The translations under genes were made by a program, and so were the position numbers. A stretch of 64,000 bases of DNA from Selaginella moellendorffii (lineage: Eukaryota > Plantae > Lycopodiophyta). The notes beneath the pieces are model-generated. The model worked only from the letters and a program-made list of their open reading frames with translations, did not search any database and was not told the origin of the DNA. The stretch's first letter is position 1. The number at the start of each line of letters is the position of its first letter. Positions 48,211 through 60,539 of this stretch are shown piece by piece. The stretch is from NCBI RefSeq assembly GCF_000143415.4, contig NW_003314265.1, forward strand, positions 2,435,181-2,499,180, written 5' to 3'.

Positions 48211-51200
48211 TTATGGATCGGTGCTGTTGTGAATTTGAGGCGGAGAGTGTCGAATGCTTGTTGCTGTTTGGACGTCCATGTCCATTGGGCATCTTGCTTC
48301 AGTCTGTCGGTGAGTGGTTTGGTGATATGAGGATACTTGTGGATGAAGCGTCGGTGATATCCGATTTTGCCAAGTGTCAAAGTTCTTTCTGATTCTTCAG
48401 CAGTTTGAGTTTGGAGATGACGTCAACTTTGTCCTTATCAATGAGAATGCCGTCTTTGCAAACAATGTGGCCAAGAAGTACTCCATATTTGACAAAGAAA
48501 GCGCATTTGTCAAGGTTGAGTGTTATATTGTTCTCCTCACACTTGTCAAGGCATTTCTTGAGGCATTTGAGATGGTGATCTTCCAAGCTGAAAATGCTAA
48601 AGTCGTCCATGAAGACTCTCATGAAGTCAGTGAGGTAGTCTCAGAAAGTGTTGGTGGTGAGCTTTTGGAAGGTGAAAGGGGTGTTGCAAAGTCTGAAAGG
48701 CATTCATTGGTAAGCATAGGCTCCCTATGGACTGATAAATGCTGTCTTGTGCTGATCTTCTTTGGTGATATGGATTTGGTTGTAGCCAGATAAACCATAG
48801 AGGAAGGAGCACATCTCATGTCCAGCGACTGCGACAAGAACTTTGTCGGTAAATGGTATCGGGAAGACATCTTTTTCGGTGGCATCATTGAGTTGTTTAT
48901 AGTTGACGCAGATTCAAAGCTTGCTGTTTTTCTTCGGCACAACCACCAGTGGTGAAAGCCAGATCAGATTCTGAATCAGGTAGATGTACTCAACTTGGAG
49001 AAGCTTGTTGAGTTCTTTCTTGACTTGTTCCATCAGATTCAGATTCATCCAGTAGGCTGCTTGTCTTCTTAGTTTTGAGTCCGGAAGAAGGGTGATGGTG
49101 TGAAGGCTAAGTTTCGGCAAAACTCCCTTAAGGTCTCGGTAACTCCAAGCAAACAAGTGTTTCTTCTTTCAGAGAAGTTTGATGCCTTTGTCTCAAAAAC
49201 TTGCCGAGATGTTGGTGGCGAGTACAATGTAGTGTTCGTTTCCGTTGTTGGCGAGGCTGACTTTTTCAAGTTTTTGGTCTGCTGGAATTGTTGGAATGTA
49301 GGTGACTTTGTTTTGGTTGTCGACTATGAATGCTGGTGGCACTTTGAGTTTCATATCTCGAGTGACTAGATATTTTAGTGCTGATGTAATCAGCAGTTGT
49401 TCTCGGTGGAAGTCGGCAACAATTCGGAACAGGTTGATCTTGGCCAAAGGTTCAAGATCAGGGTAGGCATTGAGGATTTGTTGTTCTTCATAGTCATCAA
49501 GGCCATATTCAAGATTATATTCTTCCAAATCGATCAGTCGGTTGTTGCTGGACAGCAATTTGGTCACTTTTGTTGACACGGTTATCAGTCCGTCCGGTCC
49601 TTGAAGGATGAGATTGTTGTTCGGCCAGTCCTGATGAACTTGGGCACTTCAAAGGCAAGGTCAAGCAAGGAGAATCGAGTATACATCGGTCTGCTCTGGT
49701 AGTTTGAGGACAACACAGTTGACTGGTATTTCAATGCCTTGAATGCTGGTGTTGACATTTCGGATGATGCCTTTGGTCGGTGGTCGGCCATTCGGATGTT
49801 GAAAGGTGCCAGGTGGACTGGGCCGATGTTGAATTGTTGAGTGAGAATTTCTTCAATAATATTGATGCTGGAGCCACCATAAATTATGGCTCCACAAACA
49901 AGGTGTTTGTCAAGTTGTAGGTTGACTGTTAGAACAATCATTGTCGCAATCGCCTGGTTGAATTTCGGTTCAAAATGTGTCAACAGCTGTCCATGTCGGG
50001 TTGATTTTGGACGAGTCTGTTAGAGCATTGTTTGGTGCAGATTTCAGATTGGTGAGCTGTTTGGTGAGGTAGCGTGCAATCTTCAGCAGTTGGCCGACGG
50101 TGATCTGAATATTTTGGTTGAGGATAGTCTCTACTAGTTCTTGTATTTCCTCGAAGTTTGTCAGATTGTGTTCTGGTGTCGGTGTCAGTGTCAATGTCGG
50201 ACAATTTGGCTGTTGGTTTTCTGGTATTGAGTCTTGGCATTGTTGTTGAGCTGGTGATGGTTGAGCTTCATTTTTGGAGTCTAAAATCACTAATTCAGGT
50301 GGTTGTAGAGCGAGTCACCATTGTATTTTGGCAGTTAACTTCTGCTTCTTTTTCCATTCCTAGAGTTTTCTTGGGCTCTCTCTCTCTCTCTCTCTCTTTG
50401 AGTTTTCTCTTCACTATCTTCGGAATCTCTGTCCGGTTGTTGTTGTTTTTCTGCTCAAATTCATGCTCGGGTTTGTACTGCCATGACTTGAGGATTGGAC
50501 TCGTCATTGTCGGCGTAAGGTCGTTCGTTAGTCTCAACCATCCTTGTTGCTGGTGGTCGCTGCTGGTTTTTAACCTTGTTGTTGAGGAGGCAGCGGACCA
50601 AGTCTCAATGGACCTCCTTGGTTTTGAATTCAAGGTTGCCATGGCTGGTTGTTGTAGTTGCCTTGGTAGCCCTGGTCTTGATAACCTTGGCCTTGGTATC
50701 CTCGGTTCTGGTATCTCGGGTATTGTTGGTATCCTTGGTCCCAGTTCCGGTTCGGGTGGTTCCGGTTTGGCAAGTATTGTCGATCGTTGTAGTTGTTGTT
50801 GTAGTCATTGCTGTAATTGTTGTTGTAGTTGTTGTAGCAAGGTTGATCATTCCATTGTCAACTCTGTTGGTAACCTTGGCCTTGGTATCCTTGGTTCTGG
50901 TATCTCGAGTATTGTTGGTATCCTTGGTTGTAGTTGTCTCGGTTCCAGTTCGGGTAGTTCCAGTTCAGCAGGTATTGTTGATTGCTGTAGTTGTTGTTGT
51001 AGTCATTGCTGTAATTGTTTATGTAGTTGTTGTAGTGAGGTTGATCATTCCATTGTTGACTCTATTGTTGGAAGCTGTTTCTCGGCAGTCACCAGTTTGT
51101 CGGAGGTGGTTGCCGGGTAGTTGTCGAAGTATTGATTCGGATATGGTTGTCGAAGCTGCTGTCAGGGATAGTTTGAGATTTATCGAACTTCCAGAGAATT

Positions 51201-53449
51201 TTGAAATCTGCAAGTCTTGGCTTCATGCCATTCTTTGGCGCAGATCTGGCATTTGGAGATTTGGAGTTTGCAGTCAAATGTCCTTCATTCTTGCATTTAG
51301 TACACCAAATTCCAGATCAAAATTCTTTGATGTCAGCCTTGGTCTTTCCCTTGAGCTTGTCGATCATTTTCCTGAGTTTCTGAAATTTTGACTTGGTGCT
51401 CTCTCTGAGTTCATCGTTGGAATCCTCGTCGGAACTGCTGTCGGAATCCGAGTCGCCGGTGTCATTGACTTGTGCTGTCATTTGTCGAGCTTGATCATCT
51501 TGAAGTGCTCTTACTAGTTTGAGGTAAGTGGCAACATTGATGTGTGTTGCTGCTTCTCAGAGGGATTGTCGGGGGCCTTGCATGTACCATTGGTAAAGTA
51601 AAGTTTTGGTGGCGTTGTTGCTGCATTTGCTGGCATGTTGAGTGAAGGTTTGAGTGTAGTCATCAATGGATTGACTGGACTTCTGCTTGAGTTTTTGGAT
51701 CTTGTGAAGTCGTTGGCTTTGAGTGAGGGAAGACTTGAATCGGTTGATGAGCTTGAGTGCGAGGTCATTGAAACTTGTATTTTGAGGAAGTGTTTGAGCC
51801 CATTCGTTGGCTCTCTTTCAAAGGGTGCATTGGAAGTAGTATGGGAGTTGGGTCGTTTGGCTGTTGATTCAGATTGCTTCTCAGTGCCTTCCAACTTTAG
51901 ACCATGAAATAGTGGATAGGAGACATGTCTTCTCACGGGTATGTTGGCAATGGTGGTAGTGACTGCCATTTACGGTTGGTAGTAATGTCGGTATTGTCGA
52001 GGTTGTTTTGTCGGGTTCTCATTGTGGAGTCCAAAGGTGATTTATAGCAAGGGGTTGTCGGGGTCAATGGCAAAGTCAGTGTAGGAGGAAGCTTGTGGAT
52101 TGTTGCTGTTGTTTAGTGGACTCTCCTCTGGTTTTTCTTCTTTCTTGGGACTCTTTTTGGGGTGTCGGGTTGCTTGCCAATGTTGATTTCTAGAAGATGT
52201 TGTTTGAACTTGTTGTCAACTTATTTGTCGGAGTTATGTTGTGTTGGTGGTGGTTGTTCTTCTAGATTGTCGAAGTGTTCTTTGAGCGTATAGTTGTGTG
52301 ATCATTGTGATTGCTGTTGAAGATTGTTGTCATCAACGATTGGTTTGTCAACAATGATTGGTTTGTCGACCTCGTTGTTGCTGGATGATTGTAGCTGTTT
52401 GTTAGCTCGGTGGGAGTTGTCAACTTCTTCGTCGAGTGCTTGGCTATTGGATGATTTGGGTTGTTCGTCATCACTATTGTTGACTGGGTATATCGAAGTG
52501 CGACTATAGTGGGTGAAGTCAAGTTGCTGTCTTGTCGGCATGTTGAAGTTGAAAGGATTTTTGATAGCAGGCTTCAATAGATGTTGGACACAAATGTTGG
52601 ATATGTTGGTGCTGTGAAGATTTGTCAGTATGGCAAAAATGGTGCCATTCTGGTGAAGTCTAAAAAGCTGGGTGGGAAACTTGGCCATTCATCATTGCTG
52701 TAGATGGGGTTGGTGAATGTCCCTTTGAACGGGTTGTATGCTGCTTGAAAAATGTTTTGTTGCTTACATCTACGGAATGTAGAGATTGTCTTGAACACAA
52801 TGGTGATCTTCCCGTGTCCAAATTCGCAATCTAAGGATATTCCATATTTAATAAGTTTCAAGCTTGTCCTAGAGACTAACTCCTGATACTAAGGGAGGGG
52901 CATTTCAAATGTATAATAGGGATAGTGGGTGAGGTCAAGTATGGCTGATCAACTTGAGGCATAGTCTAACTCCTGCTTGTGTGCCTATCTTTGTTCTGCG
53001 TCCGGCTTGGGTCTAAGCCCAAGTTCCACACCATGCTAGCTGGTAGAGTACCCATGTCTTTGCGTTAGGCCACCGATATGCCGAAATAGTGCTAGACTCC
53101 ATTTGGCTCCGTTTTGCATGCTGGTCTTGGCAATGGGATGCTGGTTGCTCTAGAACTGTTCCAAATTGCTCCGGGCTCCTATCCCTTCACTCCTTGGGCT
53201 GTATGCTTAGGAGTTGCTCCGTGGTCTAATTCTATCACTCCTTAGCTCTATGCTTGGAAGTTTGGCACTATTCCTTCATTCAGTGGCCCAAGGCCCTGAA
53301 CCTCAGGTTCTACACCATAGTCCTATGGACACGTGGCATGTAACATGTGGCATATGACACATGGCACATGGAGGGTTTAGGTTCCGCTTTGTGGTGTTAT
53401 CCTATGGTGATTTACCATATGATAAAGGGTAAAAACCATATGTGCTATA
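48211..53449 (-). mobile_element. Decayed Ty3/Gypsy retrotransposon with partial family-B 5' LTR (52812-53449)
   Basis: Gag-like and low-complexity region, protease (AIIYGGSSINII), RT (FAWSYRDLKG, WLSPLVVVPKK, VFMDDFSIF) and GYHRRFI...WTSKQQQAF. It has frameshifts and is 3'-truncated. Confidence 0.85.
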
Positions 53450-53590
53450 ATTTTTTACCCATCAAGGAACTTGTCCTTAACTATCAGCCATAGATCTACC
53501 TAGTGATCCCATATAGATAGCTTAATGGGTTTATCAATAAGCTCTAGGTTTACCAAACCTCTAAGTTGTTGACCACAACCTCAGGGGCAT

Positions 53591-55188
53591 TGTAAGCGAC
53601 TAAATTTTTCATTTTACTTTAGTCACTTAACCACACCTCCAACCACTTGGAGGAGTCTCATTCACAACCTCCATAAGTCCAATCCAGGGCTTGGGACTTG
53701 CTAGCCCCAAGAATGGCATCCATGCCATTCAACATTTGCACTTGGTCCAAGTGCTCCACGTGTCCGATCCCATGACCGACACTCAAAGGTACCACCGACA
53801 TGGCAGCCCGTTACGCTAAGGCCACGCCCAATCACCTTTGCCACACTGGTAGTCCAATACCACTTGCATCACAGTCTTGGCTCTCCAAAACTAGGCAAAC
53901 CATCCGTGAGTGGTCATCTCAGATCCACTCCTTAGCATCCTTAGGATGCCCACCGACAAGGGGAATAACCTTCCCCAATATCCCTCTATCAGTCCCCACT
54001 AAGTCCCTTTTTGCCCCTGGCCGTGTTTGCCAACACTGCCACTGGATCGAGACCCACAGGCCCGACCACTAAGTCCCACGGTCCTCTGGGACTTCCTCAC
54101 CACACGACTGTGTCCTTGGTCACTACCCCAGAGGACTGCTCCTCTTCCTTTCCACAGTCTGGGCCTTTGGGACAACATTTCGGAACACCGTGGCCTTACG
54201 CAAGCCTCGTGGGTACTCTCCCCGCCTTTCGCCTTTAGGTGCTCTAGCCATGGGCTTAGAGCGAGGTTCCGTTGAGCCACGACAGGTATCCAAGTAGGTA
54301 GTGCCACCCACACTTGGACTGGGAGCATCGGCCAGTCGATCTCCCGGGGGAACTAGAGCCGGCTCTTGAACACTTCACCAAGCTACCCCGCTTGTCGGTC
54401 CGTGTTCACTCTAGTCTTGGACTTCCCAGTGGGCAGCTCATCACCCAACACTGGGTCCGGCCTTCCTGGGCCAAACTGGCCTTTCCTGGCCAAACTGGCT
54501 CCACTGCAGTCCTCCCCCTACTATACTTTTGGAGCTCACCAAACCCCCCAGGGTCTGGGAGACGAACGCTTTGGGCTTTCACCCTCTCAGACTCGAACTC
54601 GGACTCGGACTCGGACTCGGACTCGGACTCGGACTCGGACTCGGACTCGGACTCAGGCTCGGGCTCGGTCTCGGCCTCGGCCTCGGTCTCGTTCTCGGTC
54701 CCGATCTCGGTCTCAGTCTCGGTCTCGGTCTCGGTCCCGGTCTCGGTCTCGACTTCGGACTCCATCTCGGACTCCATCTCGGACTCCATCTCGGACTCCA
54801 TCTCGGGTCCATCTCGGACTCCATCTCAGGTCCATCTCGGACTCCATTTCGGGTCCATCTCGGACTCCATCTTGGGTCCATCTCGGACTCCATCTCGGAC
54901 TCCATTTCGGGTCCATCTCGGGTCCATCTCGGACTCCATTTCGGGTCCATCTCGGACTCTTCCACGTGTCATGTGTTGGTCCTTTTGGGTCCCTTTTTGG
55001 AGCCTCGCTTTTTGCTCGCTTCGTGCTCGTTCCTCGAGCACTTCGTTGGGAGTTCCACTCCCGCTCTTGACTTTTCAAGTCGGAGCTTTTGGTCCAAACG
55101 TGTTACGCTCGTTTGGCTCTCGCTTCGGCCACTACCATGTGGCGCCCTTCCGGCTCCACTTTGGGGCCTAGGGATTTTGTGTCTCACA
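53591..55188 (-). mobile_element. Solo family-A LTR
   Basis: TGTAAG...GTCTCACA with TSD GGCAT (53586-53590, 55189-55193). Confidence 0.92.
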
Positions 55189-56238
55189 GGCATCCCTTAC
55201 ACTTGGTGGTGCACCCAATCCAACCAAGGGTCTATAACAACTGAGACTGAGTGTCCCTATCTCATTCACAACATCCTTGGTGCCAGTTGCACCAAAGTGT
55301 TTAAGTTAGATATATCGAGCTTTCACACTAAAAAATCTAACCATGCATCACGACTTTGGGGCATAGCCCGCTTAACAGTGTGCCCAAGTCAGCCTCCTAA
55401 CTGAGAATCTATGACCACTGAAAAATGAATGTCCTCATATTCCAAACTATCATCTCACTCTAGTGAATTGGGACTCAAACCTAAGCACTAAAGGGTTAGG
55501 ACTTGAACCCAACTTTTGTATATGCATCTATAGACGGCATCACTTAGGATGTCTGGCATGACTCCCCATGCCGATGCACCAACTTATACCCAAAGCGCAT
55601 TATATATCATAGCTTAAGAACAAGTCTTCTCACTTTACAAGTTAGTTAATCAACCTATGATCATGCATGAACTTCTCCATGCTTGGTCTTATAGGCCACC
55701 CTTTTTGAAGTCAACAACTTCAACTAGTTTTTGTTCTTCTGACTTGTTATTTTCGTTTAGCAAGTCATCTGACCAGCATAGCATGGTTCTATGCATAAAA
55801 ATAGAAGTCCTTAAATATTGACTTTCGTTCAAAGCCATCTCTTTGAACACTCGAGAATTATTTCCCCAACCTTAATAGTTTCACTTTATGCCAAGCTTCA
55901 TAACCATGCTTCTGCTGTGCCATTCTATTTTATCCCTTAGCTTGCTAAGGTTTCTTCTTTCACAAACTTTATAACTACCATATAGTTTAGCATGGGTAAT
56001 TCCATACTTTAGACTCCCCATGGCACCACGATTGCTAGTATAGTTACGAATATAAACACGGAATATGAACACGAGCCTTAGATTTCAGAAACTCGACCAC
56101 AAAACACAATCATAGGTCACAATGGCTCATAAATATTCTAAGAATATTCTCTTTTTAATTCTAGGAATATGCTAATTTTTATTATATATAAACTACTCAA
56201 AAATCCTACAAATCATCGTTATCTTCAATTTCACAATC

Positions 56239-58162
56239 TTAGACATTGTCACCATCTTCCTCTTCCTCTCTTGACTCAAACTCGTTTTCAAGATAAGGAA
56301 CTGTCTCTAGTACTTTATAGCTCACAAACTTGTCATAGTCATAGTCATTTTTGTAGGTTAACAACCTACTAATGTAAGCCACAAAAACTAGATTTGTTGT
56401 CCTATCCATAGTAAGTTTGTTCCTCTTCTTTGAAGACCATGCTCGAAAGTGCTGAAAAATCTCTCTACTAAGGATGACAAGCATGCCTGACTTAGAACTC
56501 AAATGGTCAACTTCTGAAGAGCTGGAATTTCATAACCATAATCCTCCCACCAATGTACAACTCCATTCTTAGTGTGATCAGCTTTAGCATCAATTGAGTT
56601 GAAAATGCCTCCTATCCTCATGTAAGTTAAAAGCTCATCCCATATCATGTCCCTTTCACTAGATGTAAACATGGCCAATCCAATTGTTCATGACTTCTCT
56701 ATTAGAATGCTTTTCATATTTTTGAAACTCAAGGTCTAGTATATATGCCATCGAGTGCATAAGCGAGTGATACTAATGCCACTGGTTAGATATGATTTAA
56801 CAAAGTTCCATGTACCTACCATAATCCCACTGTCCTTCCTCTAAACTTGCATTTCATATATTCATATAGTTTTCCAATCATAGGTATATCATCGTCCACA
56901 AGAAAAGGTGCATCATAACATCCTTGGACACCTCTAATATGTCCTTAACCTATTCCAAAAAATGGTCATCAAAAACAGTTTCACAATTATCTCTGCCTAC
57001 TCTTATCTTTGACTCAAGCCTTGCTTTGTATGTAGGGCATACGAACATCTATTGTAGAGCTTCCCAGAGCTCCACCAACCTCTCCATTATAATGAAGTTG
57101 TAGCATTACAATAGTGTAGCATTTGCTTATGAGTAAACTCCATTAGTAGTGCCACTATATGAGAGTGGTTCCTGACAAAGCTCACCAAGCCTTTCCTCAC
57201 TCTAGAAGCGTTACCATCCATAGAAATTCACTGAAGTATTTCAATGCATTGTTCAAGCAATAGGGAAAACATGCTGCCCATTGAATTTTTAGGTACCTTT
57301 ATTTTAGAATTGCTGTTGCTACTCTATTCACATTTTCTCCATATGTTACAACCATAACAACATTTTCTGTACCCACAATGCTAATGCCTTCTTCCTAGCA
57401 ACACAAAGTATTCTAAGCTGTTTTTCTTGTTGAGGAAATATTGATAACCTTTAAAAAAGCTACCCATCCTTGATTATATGCCACAAGCCTTATGATATGC
57501 CAATTCCTCCTATCTACCCACCTGTTTGTGCATATGGTTACACCCCTTTGCTCCCATTGCTTCCTTATGGATGCCATCTCAATATCAATGGATCCTTTTT
57601 CTTTCAACAAAAGCTTCTCTTGAAGATCATCATATTTTGGTGGTGCACAAAGCACATCATGCCTCGCAACTTGGATCATGTTGAGGAAGTAAGGGGACTA
57701 AGCCTTCACAATGGAATGTGTTCATTCTAGAAAAACCTTCCAATTGCCACATCAACTCAACTTTTCTACTTTGGATCCATTGAATTTATAATATGGACTT
57801 GGCTCTACTTGCTAAACACTTCCACTTGCGTAGGATGATATCACTAGCACTAAACGTTCTATATTCAGCCATTTCTTCCCCTTTGTGCCTTTCTTAGAGT
57901 AAATAACCTTTTGCATATTGACCAGCTCCACTTTCTTGTTACCTTTGATAACGGGGCAACTCACAATATCCCTACTGCCTAGGCCTTCTCCCAACAGATG
58001 AGCTTGCACATGATCAACACCATTGAGCTTGTTCACCATTGTGTAATATTTACATGACCACAGTTTGTGGCCGTGCCCCTTGCTCTCAAGCATACTTATC
58101 TCATCCCACCACCGTGAAGAAGGATGCTTTTGCCCTTGTAGTATGTTGGATTGTTGCGCCAT
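56239..58162 (-). pseudogene. hAT transposase remnant (BED-like finger, DUF659-like core, dimerisation region)
   Basis: WSCKYY...HVQAHLLG...SC, GVTICTNRWVD...FLKVIN and VVHWWEDYG...LQKL, with many stops. Confidence 0.8.
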
Positions 58163-60539
58163 GCTTGGTAGCAATAAGGCAGACAAAGTGTCTCTCCTCC
58201 AATCTGTAGCAAATGGAGAGGCAAAGGTTGGCTGCAGTATTGCCAAAATTGGCAACATTTAGGTCAGTTTTATCCCTTTATTACTTACTCTTGACTTTAC
58301 ATATTCCTTTTAGTTATCCTTTTTCCAAGCTAAGAGGATAGCTTTGTAATTTCTCTCATGCCTTAGCCAGTATTATTAAGGATGAATCTATTTAATGACC
58401 TAAGGAATGGTTCCTCAATTTAGATATGCTCTTCTCATAATTCTACACATTGGGATTAAAGTTGCTACTCATAGGCCTTTGTATGCTTATCACTAGCCTT
58501 GCCAAAATCCTTTTGTCTTTATTCAATTTGGATAAATGAATTTTTCTAGTCTCCACAACCTTGGACATTAAATAACACCTCTTATCCATTTTTCACTAGG
58601 GACATAATCCGTTAAGCCTTATCTAATGCCTTCATGATATTAAACACTACTTCTTGATGTTTTAAAGTGTTTAAGTATCTCAATGATAGCCTTCTTTGAC
58701 AATAAACATTTCCTTTTAGAATATTAACTCACTACATTGCAACATAAATAATTTATACCCCAGGGGATATATTTAACCTCGTTATCCCAATAAAAAGTTT
58801 TGGGAAGTCTAAGTTTAAGTCTAAGTTTTGCCAAAATAATAGTAGTTGTTTCTTATGCCAATTATTGGTTAGCATTGCAATATAGTGTTCATATACAACT
58901 CTTGCCAAAAGTTGTTTTCTTCCATGAACACCTTTTCATGACTTTAGTATAGTACATTTTACCATCAATGAAATAACTATTGTTCTTTTACTTAGATCTC
59001 ATAATCCATTTAATCCTTTGTAGAGTACAACACACTTCCATCCAAACAGGATTCCTCCAAACTTTTGGGACCATTCCTTGACTCTACTAAGTTATCTAAC
59101 TTTTGGACTTTGTTAATTTATCATCAGTAAGGTTTTAGCCTCTTGAATACTTTTGAGGTGCCACCACACTTGAATATAACTTCTTGTATTCACATCCTAT
59201 TCACAAAGACCGTCCTTGCAAATGTTACTCCAATACTTGATTATCCTTTATTCTACATAAGTTACTTTCACCCTTTAGAATTATACTTCCATATAATGAG
59301 AACAACAACTCATCATTTAAGTACATCCCCCAACTTCTTGGGTTGTCCCAACCTTTATTAAAGGTAACCCTAGTTACTATTTCAAGGACATATGTCCTCA
59401 TTTGTATTTAACCTCTTACGGTCATTAACTGTAATCATAAATTCATAAGCACTATCCTCAACTATATGAGGATAATCTTATGACTCTTTTATTGTCCAAG
59501 AGTTTCCATCATTCTTATGATCCCAACTGTAGTTGTCTACTACAACCACATTAGTCAATTAGTCAACCATTTATATGAATCACATCCTCAATTGTTTGAG
59601 GATAACCTTCTATTGTTCCCAAAATCCTAAAGTCATTCCCTTATTTACCCTTTTCTATCCACCATATTGTCTATTAGTTCATACATGAACTATAGTGGAG
59701 AGCTATGTCCTCCCAACTACTCCTCCTCAAGTATAGCCCCACTCTTGGGACCTTTCAATATCAATATCAATATCAAATGGTGATATACTTGACTGCTAAT
59801 AAGAAACGAACTAAAAAATAGCTCCGATACCAAATTGTAAATGACTAAAGATTTTATTCTACCTTAGTCACTTAACTGCACCTTTGATCATTTAGAGGAG
59901 TCTCACTCATAAACTCCATAAGTCCTATTCCCAACTTGGGGACATGTTAGCCCCATAAATGGCATCTATGCCACTCAACCTTTGTACTTCATCCAAGTGC
60001 TCCATATATTCTATCGTATGATAGACACCCCAAAGGTACTATTAATATCTCAGCTTGTTACACTAAGGCTATATCCATTTACCCTTGTCTCATTAGTAAT
60101 CTAAGACCACCTGTGTTATAATCCCATTTCTCAAAGACTGGGCCATTTGTCCCTGAGTGGTCATTTTAGGACCACACTTTAGCATCTTTAGGATGCTCGA
60201 AGACATAAAAAACCCTTCCCCAATGTCTCTTCTTTAGTCCTCACTAAATCCCTCTCCATCCACAACCGTGCTCACCAACACCACTATTAGGGTTAAGGCT
60301 CGAAAGCCCAAAGGCCCAACAACTAAGTCCCACTGACATCTGGAACTTCCTCACTATATGATTGTATCATTAGTCACTATACAAGAGGATTGCTCCTCTT
60401 CCTTTCCATAGTCCAGGACTTTGAAACGACCCATACATGAGCCTTATGGGTACTTTCCCCACCTTCCACCCTTAGGTGCCCTAGCTATGTGGCTAGAGCG
60501 AGGTTCTGATGAGCCACACCAAGTATCTTAGTAGGTAGT

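Larger units (their letters stand above)
53450..60539 (-). mobile_element. Older, diverged family-A element (internal region plus partial 5' LTR 59836-60539)
   Basis: Reverse-complement similarity to 22400-26200, with PBS GCTCCGATACCA at 59821-59832. It is interrupted by a solo LTR, a hAT remnant and a Gypsy element. Confidence 0.75.

Noticed and set aside
50158-51391. Cys/Val-rich plus-strand ORFs
   Set aside because: Antisense of the low-complexity, internally duplicated Gypsy gag region.
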